DNA from: an uncultured bacterium
Lineage (GTDB): Bacteria > Krumholzibacteriota > Krumholzibacteriia > Krumholzibacteriales > Krumholzibacteriaceae
Reading direction: 5' to 3'
Assembly: GCA_965371515.1 (NCBI GenBank)
Contig: CBDUYR010000054.1
Location: 1 to 18,033, forward strand
Length of the DNA stretch: 18,033 nt
How positions within the stretch are numbered: position 1 is the stretch's first letter; each line of letters begins with the position of its first letter. The position numbers and the translations under genes are program-made. The notes beneath the pieces are model-generated. The model saw nothing but the letters and a program-made list of their open reading frames with translations. It had not been told where the DNA came from and ran no database searches. Shown piece by piece: positions 1 to 8,300 of this stretch.

Positions 1-1943
1 GACGCCCTCAGCTCGGCAACAGCCCGCCGGGGCACAGCGCCGCCCGAGACCTCGGGATGCTCCTCCGGCACTTCATCGAGGAACCTCGACGGCCTGTTGC
101 CCGTCCAGCTGCCGAACTGCATCCTGCTCGCCGCGCAAAAGAGATAGAGCTCCTCCATCGCCCTGGTCATCCCGACGTAGAAGAGCCTGCGCTCTTCCTC
201 GAGTTCCGTATCGTCGTCGAATGCCGAGTAGTGAGGCAGCAACCCTTCCTCCAGTCCTGTGATCATGACCGCCCTGAACTCGAGCCCCTTCGAGTTGTGA
301 AGGGTCATCAGGTTCACCTTCTCCTCGTTCTTCATGGCGTCGATGTCGCTGAGCAGGGCGATTTCCTCGAGAAATACAGACAGCACGGGGTTCTCCGACG
401 ACGACGAGAACCTCATCGTCTCGTTGAGGAGTTCCTCGACGTTCTCCAGCCTGGTCTGCGCGGTGGCAGGGTCCTCCCTGAGATAATCCCTGTATCCGGT
501 GCTCTCGATGACTGTAGACAGGAGCTCGTGCGCCGTCTGGTCCTCCGCCATCAGCTCGAACGAGGCCATCATCTTCGAGAACTCGATTGCCCTCCCTCTC
601 TGCGCCGACCCGAGCCTGTCGAGCACCCCTTGTTTCCTGATGAAGGGATGTAGGCTCTCGCCGACAGCTGCCTCCTCTATCTTCGCCAGCGTTACCCCGC
701 CAATACCTCTCTTGGGAACGTTCAGGATCCTCCTGAAAGCGACGTCGTCGTCGGGATTGTTGATCAGCTTGAGGTAGGCGAGCAGATCCTTTATCTCTTT
801 CCTCTCGTAGAACCTCACTCCGCCGATGATCTGGTACGGGAGCCCGCCCTTCATCATCGCCGCCTCGAGGGCGCGCGACTGCGCGTGCGTGCGGTAGAGC
901 ACTGCGATATCGTTCCGGCTGTATCCCGCCCGGATCAGCCGGATGATCGCTTCCCTTACCGCCACCGCCTCTCCGCGGTCGTCCGCGGCGTGGTAGATCC
1001 GCACCGCCTCTCCGCGGTCCTTCTTCGACCAGAGGCTCTTTCCCTTACGGCCCGCGTTGTTGGCGATCACAGCGTTCGAGGCATCGAGTATCGTCCCGGT
1101 CGAGCGATAGTTCTCCTCGAGCTTGATCGTTACGGCACCTGCGTATACGCGGTCGAACTGTAGGATGTTCTCTATCGTTGCTCCCCTCCACCCGTATATC
1201 GCCTGGTCGTCGTCGCCGACGACGAAGAGATTGTGGTGCACCGAAGCGAGCATGTCTATCATCACCATCTGGATCGTGTTCGTATCCTGAAACTCGTCGA
1301 CAAGGACGTACTTGAACTGCTTCGCGTATCTCTGCAGGACCTTGGGATGAGCGGAAAACAGCTCCACGACCCGGACGATGAGGTCGTCGAAATCGAAGGC
1401 GTTGCATTTCTTCAGCTGTCTGGCATACTCGCCGTATACAGTCGCGTACAGTTCCTCGAGCCTGTCGACGGCCTTCTCAAACGCCTCGCCGGGGGGCACG
1501 AGTCCGGTCTTCCATCTCGAGATCCTGCTCCTGATCGCCGCTGGCGGATACTCGTCGAGCTTCCACCCCTTCTTCTTCATGATGTCCTTGATAAGGCTCG
1601 TCACGTCGACTTCATCGAAGATCGCGAAGTTGTTCCTGAACCCGATATGCTTCGCCTCGCGCCGCAGGATCCGCAGGCCGGTGGCATGGAACGTCCCGAT
1701 CCACGACGGCGCTCCTCTCCCGCCGACGGCCCTGTCGACGCGCGCTCGCATCTCGCCCGCCGCCTTGTTTGTGAATGTGAAGGCGAGGATCCGGTCGGGA
1801 GAAATTTGCTTCTCCCTTATGACGTGAGCGATCCTCTCGGTCAGGACCCTCGTCTTTCCGCTGCCGGCGCCCGCAAGCACTAGGACATTCCCGTCGGTCG
1901 CCTCTACGGCCTGCATCTGCTGTGGGTTCAGTTCGCTCTTCAA
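1..1943 (-). CDS. pcrA: ATP-dependent SF1 DNA helicase, PcrA/UvrD family (3' end runs off the window)
   Basis: Not in the ORF track; translated by hand. TTG start at 1941-1943 with GAAAGGG upstream, and the frame stays open to base 1. Motifs: LNPQQ, VLAGAGSGKT (I), FTFTNKAAGEM (Ia), IGTFH, LVDEFQD (II), VGDDDQAIYGWRGA (III), LEENYRST (IV), LYRTHAQSR, MTLHNSKGLEF (V), EEERRLFYVGMTRA (VI). pcrA versus uvrD naming cannot be settled from the sequence. Confidence 0.95.
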   Translation of the reverse strand, partial: MKSELNPQQMQAVEATDGNVLVLAGAGSGKTRVLTERIAHVIREKQISPDRILAFTFTNKAAGEMRARVDRAVGGRGAPSWIGTFHATGLRILRREAKHIGFRNNFAIFDEVDVTSLIKDIMKKKGWKLDEYPPAAIRSRISRWKTGLVPPGEAFEKAVDRLEELYATVYGEYARQLKKCNAFDFDDLIVRVVELFSAHPKVLQRYAKQFKYVLVDEFQDTNTIQMVMIDMLASVHHNLFVVGDDDQAIYGWRGATIENILQFDRVYAGAVTIKLEENYRSTGTILDASNAVIANNAGRKGKSLWSKKDRGEAVRIYHAADDRGEAVAVREAIIRLIRAGYSRNDIAVLYRTHAQSRALEAAMMKGGLPYQIIGGVRFYERKEIKDLLAYLKLINNPDDDVAFRRILNVPKRGIGGVTLAKIEEAAVGESLHPFIRKQGVLDRLGSAQRGRAIEFSKMMASFELMAEDQTAHELLSTVIESTGYRDYLREDPATAQTRLENVEELLNETMRFSSSSENPVLSVFLEEIALLSDIDAMKNEEKVNLMTLHNSKGLEFRAVMITGLEEGLLPHYSAFDDDTELEEERRLFYVGMTRAMEELYLFCAASRMQFGSWTGNRPSRFLDEVPEEHPEVSGGAVPRRAVAELRA

Positions 1944-1976
1944 ACGGCGGAGCCCTTTCGTAATAGTCAGAGATTT

Positions 1977-1990
1977 ATGCCGGACGGCAT
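1977..1990. other. Small inverted repeat just after the stop of the peptidase-Omp85 gene
   Basis: ATGCC-GGAC-GGCAT. No U-tract on the minus strand, so not a convincing terminator. Confidence 0.25.
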
Positions 1991-1991
1991 T

Positions 1992-4900
1992 CTAGAATTG
2001 CGGCCCGATATAGAAATGGAACGCCGGACTGCCTGTGTATCTGAAGTCGGTCGGCCAGCCCAGCTGGAAATCGAGCACCATGTACCCGAACCTCATGTAG
2101 AATCCTACACCGAAGTCGCTCCAGAAGTCGAGCCCGTTGATCTCCCTCGGTTTCAATCTCGGGTCCATCCGCTCGATGAACACCGGCTCTCCCCAGACCG
2201 ATCCGGTATCGAAAAAGAACGTTCCGCCGATATTCCCGATGCCCCAGCGGCCGGGCCACCCGAAGATCAACGCGTCGATCATCGGGAACCTGTACTCGAG
2301 ATTGACAAGGATCATCCTCGGGCCCTGGAACTGCAGGTAATCGTAGCCCCTCAACGTCAACGGCCCGCCGAGGAAGAAGAACCGCCTGTCCGGCCCCGTG
2401 CTCATGCTCGTCACGGCGCGTAAGGCGAACGAGTTACGGTGCCACAGCGGGAAATACTTCCTGTAGTCCATCAGGAAGGTCGTCCTCGAGATGTCCTTGC
2501 TCGAGAATCCGACCGCACGCGAGGCGCTGATCATCCATCTCGTTCCGATAACGGGGCCGAACGCCCCGTAGTATGCCGAGTCGTGCACCATGGAGAGGGT
2601 CGGCTGGAAGAGCCTCCTCTGCGAGTTTGAAAGGTCGAGATAGAAGTTCTCCTCGGGCGAGCCGATTATATCCTGCGTGATGTAGAACTCGCGATCCGAG
2701 ATGAAAGCCTGCAGCTCGAGGTCGGCGCGCGTGAACATCGAGAAGGGGAAGCTCACATTTGTAAAGACGCCGTAATTACGTTCGGAAAAATACCTGTAAT
2801 CGGTGAATATCTCCCCTACAGAGGATACCCTCGAGTTGAGGTAGTTTTTGAACTGAAAGATGCCGAATGAGTAGTCGAGCCTGCGCTTGAGGTAATAATA
2901 GCTCAGCATTATATCGCTGTCCTCGAGCGACCCGTACAGGCCAAACTGCAGGAATATGTGGTGGTCACCTAGCAGATCGCTGAACGCCACCTGGTTCATC
3001 ATCCCGAAACCGAGTCCGGTCGAGAAGAAGAGCCCCATCCCGTTGCCGATGTAGTCGGTCTGGAATTTCAGACTGTAGGGCTCGACCGTGCCGATCTTTT
3101 CCTTCATCAGCTCCCGTTTCGCCTCGAGCGAGTCGGGATGGATCCCTTCCTTAGAATCCTCGTTGATCACGATGAAGGGGACGTCGCGGTCAAGAACTTC
3201 GCCCGGTATGCCGAAATCCCCCGGGTCCTTTTGCGCAGTTCCCGTTCCCGAGACCTCGCCTCTGACACTTCCCGAGAGAGCACGTTCGTCGCCCTCCGGC
3301 AATATATTGCCGAGAATAATCGTGTTAAGCAACGAGTCTGCAGGATCGCCGGAGGCCATGCTGCCCTCCTCCGGTTCCTGCGGATGTATACTGTAGTCGG
3401 GTATCCGGCCGAAAGGCCTCGGGGCCAGCTTCTCCGCCACCAGCATCGGGCTTCCCGCCGAATACGAAATGGAGGATTTCTTGGAGAACTGCTCCATCAC
3501 GAAGAGATCGTATCCGCCCTGGTTGAAGGCGCTGAATACCAGCCTGTCTCTTTCCACAGAATACGAAGGTGTGAATATGCCTCCGAGCACATCTGTGAAA
3601 CGGTGATAGGCGCCGTTGATCAGGTTGCCCCTGTAGAGATTGGACACGTCTGTCTCGTCCGAGGTGAAAAGGATCTCCTCGCCCCCGTTGATTACCAGCG
3701 GGGCGCTGTCGTTCCCGGGGGTCGAGATCAGGACCTCCTTCTCCCCGGTCTCGATATCGACGCTCCAGATATCCGTCTCGACTTCGAGAACATTGTCGCT
3801 GAGCTGCAGATTGACGCCGGCGAGTTTTTCCACACCCGTGCTGTCGGGAGCGAAGATCGGCTGGATAGCGACTAGCGGATGCCTGCTGTAGACGAGCTTT
3901 CTGCCGTACGGAAACCATGCCGGGTCGGACTCGTCGTTCATGTCGTCGGTGACCTGTGTGGTCGTCTCGGTCTCCATGTCGTAGACGTAGAGGTCGGTCT
4001 TGCCCTTGATCACTCCGACCACCGCGACCATCCTGCCGTCAGGCGAGAAGGTCGGGCTGAAGAAGAAGTCGAGCGCCATGTCGATCTCCTTGAGGATCCT
4101 GCCCCTCGGCACGGACAGGACAAACAGCCTGTCCCGCCCGTCCGACTTCGCCACAAAAGCGATGCTTTTTCCGTCTGGCGCCCAGGTGAGGCTTGATTTC
4201 ATCGACCTGATCGACTCGAACTTCTCCGACATAGAACCGATGAGCATCTTCTTTTCGATCTTTCCCGTGATAGCGTTCATCAGGTAGATGCCGTCGAGGC
4301 CCTTCCTGTCCGAGTATAAGATGATGTACTCGCCGTCCGGCGAAAACTCGGGCTTTGTGTTCTGGTAACTGTGATCCTTTACATGGTCGGTAAGGCGGCG
4401 GCCGTGGTACTCCGGCTCCTTTTTGTCCGCATAAGCCGGCCAGTACTTTCGCCTCAGCTCCTTCTTCCATGCCTTCGAGAGTTCGGAAGTAGTTATCCCC
4501 AATGTCGATTGGAGTGCAGCGTCGATGGAGCGCTGATACCTCAGCTGGTCCATGATCTCGACGACCTTGCCGGGGCCGTACGTCTCGTTGATGTAGTTGA
4601 TGGCGGACTGTCCCGCCTTGTAGTTCATGTAACCGCCGGCGTAGTTGAGATCGTACGGAAGGTAGTCGAAGACCGTAGCGTCTCGCATGAACATCCTGGC
4701 GGTGGCGTCCATTCCGCCGACCGAGTAGTACTCCGCCATACCCTCCATGAACCACAGGGGAATGTTGAAGAGCGCGCCCTGCGCGAAGGCCGACCTGAGC
4801 AGCGAGCCGTAGATTATGTCGAACTGGAACATGTGCACGAGCTCGTGGATCGCCGTATGTGCGAAATCCTCGTTACTGCCGCTGAAATGGAGTACTATCC

Positions 4901-5276
4901 TCTTACGTTGCGGCTCTGCGAAGGCCTGGACGCCCTCGGGCAGGAGGCCCCAGGTGATATTGGTCTGCTGGAAATACGAATGACTCGCGTAGAGAATGAC
5001 GGGGATCCGCCATGCGATGTTGTGTTCGAAATCGTTAGAGTGCTTCACGTACCCGTACTCGAGAATCACCGCCGTCCTGGCGGCCAGGTCGCGGTACCCC
5101 CCATGGAAATGCAGATCGAAATGGGGCGTCTTGAGGACTTTCCACTCGAAATCATTGTACTGGACCTTGTTCTTGCCGAACCACCACGCCTGCGCACCGA
5201 CCTCGACCGTGCTGACAACGGAAAGGGCCAGTACGAGAAGCGAAAGCGTCAGCAGACGGTATCCGAGCCGCCTCAT
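1992..5276 (-). CDS. Omp85-superfamily outer membrane protein with N-terminal zinc metallopeptidase (clan MA, gluzincin-like) and PD40/TolB-like beta-propeller (WD40-Omp85 type)
   Basis: Start moved from TTG 5303 to ATG 5276, which has GGGAGG 8 nt upstream; 1094 aa. Signal peptide ends VGA|Q, followed by FGKNKVQY. HELVH-x29-E (WFMEGMAEY). PD40 repeats PEFSPDG, LTWAPDG, PTFSPDG, PAWFPYG. Barrel with loop-6 FFLGGPLTLRGY, plus LEYRFP, FFDTGSVW and terminal beta-signal FHFYIGPQF. No recognisable POTRA domain. Confidence 0.88.
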   Translation of the reverse strand: MRRLGYRLLTLSLLVLALSVVSTVEVGAQAWWFGKNKVQYNDFEWKVLKTPHFDLHFHGGYRDLAARTAVILEYGYVKHSNDFEHNIAWRIPVILYASHSYFQQTNITWGLLPEGVQAFAEPQRKRIVLHFSGSNEDFAHTAIHELVHMFQFDIIYGSLLRSAFAQGALFNIPLWFMEGMAEYYSVGGMDATARMFMRDATVFDYLPYDLNYAGGYMNYKAGQSAINYINETYGPGKVVEIMDQLRYQRSIDAALQSTLGITTSELSKAWKKELRRKYWPAYADKKEPEYHGRRLTDHVKDHSYQNTKPEFSPDGEYIILYSDRKGLDGIYLMNAITGKIEKKMLIGSMSEKFESIRSMKSSLTWAPDGKSIAFVAKSDGRDRLFVLSVPRGRILKEIDMALDFFFSPTFSPDGRMVAVVGVIKGKTDLYVYDMETETTTQVTDDMNDESDPAWFPYGRKLVYSRHPLVAIQPIFAPDSTGVEKLAGVNLQLSDNVLEVETDIWSVDIETGEKEVLISTPGNDSAPLVINGGEEILFTSDETDVSNLYRGNLINGAYHRFTDVLGGIFTPSYSVERDRLVFSAFNQGGYDLFVMEQFSKKSSISYSAGSPMLVAEKLAPRPFGRIPDYSIHPQEPEEGSMASGDPADSLLNTIILGNILPEGDERALSGSVRGEVSGTGTAQKDPGDFGIPGEVLDRDVPFIVINEDSKEGIHPDSLEAKRELMKEKIGTVEPYSLKFQTDYIGNGMGLFFSTGLGFGMMNQVAFSDLLGDHHIFLQFGLYGSLEDSDIMLSYYYLKRRLDYSFGIFQFKNYLNSRVSSVGEIFTDYRYFSERNYGVFTNVSFPFSMFTRADLELQAFISDREFYITQDIIGSPEENFYLDLSNSQRRLFQPTLSMVHDSAYYGAFGPVIGTRWMISASRAVGFSSKDISRTTFLMDYRKYFPLWHRNSFALRAVTSMSTGPDRRFFFLGGPLTLRGYDYLQFQGPRMILVNLEYRFPMIDALIFGWPGRWGIGNIGGTFFFDTGSVWGEPVFIERMDPRLKPREINGLDFWSDFGVGFYMRFGYMVLDFQLGWPTDFRYTGSPAFHFYIGPQF

Positions 5277-5334
5277 ATATCGATCCTCCCGCGGGGCTGA
5301 CAAGTACGCACACCCCCACCCTGCGCACCCCTGT

Positions 5335-5364
5335 ACTATATAAAGATGTCCCCTGAATTGTACA
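5335..5364 (-). promoter_or_regulatory. Candidate sigma70 promoter for the peptidase-Omp85 gene
   Basis: Minus strand TGTACA (5364-5359), 18-nt spacer, TATAGT (5340-5335), within an AT-rich intergenic segment. Confidence 0.45.
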
Positions 5365-5375
5365 TTTTCAAGGGA
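5349..5375. promoter_or_regulatory. Imperfect inverted repeat (operator or weak terminator hairpin) after tamB
   Basis: TCCCCTGAA-ttgtacatt-TTCAAGGGA, 8/9 match; the mismatch is a G-U pair in the minus-strand RNA. Followed only by CAUCUUUAU on the minus strand. Confidence 0.4.
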
Positions 5376-5396
5376 TTTAACAAATTATTCCCGATT

Positions 5397-8300
5397 TCAG
5401 AACTCCCAGCGCAGCTTGAGGTCGACGTTGTACTCGTCGGTGCTCCTCGAGCTCTCCCCCTGCATCGCCGTGTCGGAGTACTTTATCAGCTGGGTTCTGA
5501 TGAGAAACAACCTGCTGATCCTGTACTCTACCTCGATCTCCCTGATCGTCGATATCGCAAGGCCCTGCTTATACTTCACGTAGAGCCCCTCGGAAAGGTA
5601 TTTACCCACGGCTACCATCGTCTGCTTCTGCTCCGTTCCGTTCGTCGTGCCGTCCTGCAGCCCCTCGGTCTCGAGTTCTATCGTGATCCCCTGCATCTGG
5701 GAGTTGATCACACTCTCGATATAGTTCGCGGCGAGGTTCTGCGCCGTACCGACCCCGTCCCATCCGTCCTGCCCCCCGGGAGAGCCTATGATGCCGCCGC
5801 CGAGCATCTTCCAGATATCCGTCTCACTGTATCCGGGATCCTCGTGCACAAGCGTCACCTTGGGCTCGATGTCGTCCTGCATCCAGAGAAGGGACAGGAA
5901 TATCCTGCGGCCCTCCGGATCGAGCGTCTCCGCCTCGATGTCTACTATCGGCCTGAATCCCCCGGCATGGACGAACTCGAGCTTCCCCGACCTGACCTTG
6001 AACTTGTTCCCGTATATATTGTAAAAGCCCCTTACGAGGTCGAGCGTTCCCCTCAGGTAGGTCCCCCTCTGGTCGTGGTGCAGCGTGACCTCGCCCCGCA
6101 TCTCGACGCTCGAGTCCGGGGTCTTTATCCATGCGTTTCCCGGTATGTCGAGGTCTATGAGCGCCAGCAGCGATGGTTTCGCCGTGCCCGACGGCGTTCC
6201 CGAGGTCAACTCGTCTAATACGAGGAAGACCTCGGCCCTGTTTATCTCGAGATCGCCTGTCAGCGATGGAACGGGCCTGCCATTCATCATCTCGGTCCCG
6301 GCATGAATGTTTCCGCTCGCAATCGCCATCACGTTCGAGATGCTGGCAAAGAGGCATTTGTCGATCTTGAGATCGACATCGTACCACTCGGGCCGCCACT
6401 CGCTCAGGCCGATCTTTCCACTCCCGGTGAACGAGCCGTCCTTCCCTTCCTTCCCCTTGAGATGCTTGATCGTTAACAGGCTATCCTGAAGAAGTATCTT
6501 GGCGTCGACGTCGCGGAAACGCTCCTCCATGCCGGCCGGCCTGAATCCGGCTTTCTCGAGATTCAGGTCCCCGAGGATCACCGGATCCGTTATCGGTCCC
6601 TCGATCTTGAATCCGGCAGAGAACTTCCCGTTTGCCTCCGCCACCAGGTCGGTGATGCCGGTGATGTCCCCGAGCGGGCCGGGAGGCATATACATCTCGA
6701 GATAGATGTCTCCCCCCATGTCGATCGAGTAGAACCAGTCCTCCCTGACGATCGGTATCCTGCCTGCAAACTCCCCGCTATGGCCGTCGGCAATCGTGAT
6801 CCCTCCCGAGAGACTGACCCTCTCACCCTCCAACCGCGCCTCTATGTCGACATGCGGGATAGAGAGATTCTTCCTCGAAAGGTCCCTGACAGAGCCGTTC
6901 ATACCGGCGATCGGATGTACCAGAGAATCACTCACCACGACTCTGCCTGTGAAGAATCCGCTGCTGAACGGGATGTTCCTGGAAAATCCCAGGAAGGGGG
7001 CGAGCGAGAGTTCCTCGCACGAGGCCTCCAGATCGACGGTATACCCCCGAAGTGCACTGCGCCCATCCCTGAGCAGTTCGCGCAATGAGCAGCCGCTCAG
7101 CTGCCCCTTGAGCCCGAGCCCTCCGAGCGGAGACGACACAGTGTACTCATCGATCGTGTAGACACCCTCTGCATAACTTGCCAGCAGCCTCATCGTGTCG
7201 ACTCGCATCGTGTTGAAGAGTCCGTCCTCCAGCGTCATGTCGATATCGACGCCCGGGTCGGAGAGGCAGCCCGAGACGGTGACCGTCCCCTTCGCCTTCC
7301 CACTCAGGGGGCTGTCGAGGAGACCCGCCGCATTGAACAGCGAGGCGCTTGTGCGGTCGAAAGTAAAGACGCCAGATATCACGTCCTCTACTTCGTCGAT
7401 CCTGCAGTCGAGGTAGAGCGCTCCCGCCCTCGAATGGAGCTGCAGGTCGTCGAACTCGACTCCCTCTTCGTCGAACTGGACGGTGAATTCACCGTAGCTC
7501 CTCCACTGCTCGTCGAGCGCTGAGATGACCACGTCGGAGAATTCTATCTCGGTGCTCCCGTCGAGGCTGCGAACCTCGCCTCTCATATCGGCATCGAACC
7601 CGGGCCTGGTAAGGAAGAGTCTCTTGAAAGTCGTTATGCCGCCGCCGTACTCCAGAGAAACGTCGAGCCCCGAGAAAGAGAGCGGATCTATCCAGCAGCT
7701 GTCGCCGGAGAGCTCGAGCTGTACACCGTACGATTCCTCTTTCGACACGACGAGCTTGATATCAGCCGCCGGTACGTATATGCGGTTGTACATGAAATCG
7801 GCGAAGGTTCCGTTGCCGCGCAGCTCCCACTCGTCGAACGAACCGCCGATCACCATGTTCATGCTGACGTCGCCCCTGTACTCCTCTATCCCGAGATAGG
7901 AAAAGAGCGTATCCTCCTTCGAGCAGGTCACGTCGATGTACATCCTCAGGTCCTCGTCGTTCAGCGATCCGTGCGAACGGATCCTGTGCGTCGGAGAATC
8001 GACCGCTATGTATCCAAATTCAATGCTGTCCGGGCTGAACAACCCGTTGACCATAACCGTCTCAAACGGTAAGCCGCGTATGTGTCCCGCGTCGAGGTCG
8101 CAATCGAACAGCAACAGCGAGTTCTGCGTGTTGTAGGTCAGCCTGACATGGCCATTTAAGTCGGTCTTGGGCAAGCTGGCGCTCCTCGAGAATCCCTGCG
8201 AGAGATCGAGCCCCTTCGCCTCGATATCGAGCAGGAGCATCTGCGGGCTCTCAAAGGTGTAGAAGCCGTTGCCGGCAACCTGCGCACCGTTGAACCGTCC

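Noticed and set aside
1975..1991. TTATGCCGGACGGCATT loosely resembles an enterobacterial REP half-site.
   Set aside because: Single short copy with no partner or array, and no transposase nearby.
1941..1994. The helicase is in the same frame as the peptidase-Omp85 gene, with a single TAG and 16 sense codons between them (possible read-through or recoded TAG fusion).
   Set aside because: The barrel ends in a canonical terminal Phe beta-signal, the helicase has its own SD and TTG, an outer-membrane/cytoplasmic fusion is implausible, and same-frame adjacency is common by chance.
1..5276. Helicase plus peptidase as a possible anti-phage defence pair.
   Set aside because: The helicase is a canonical housekeeping PcrA/UvrD, the peptidase is exported and barrel-fused, and the context is core genome with no island signatures.
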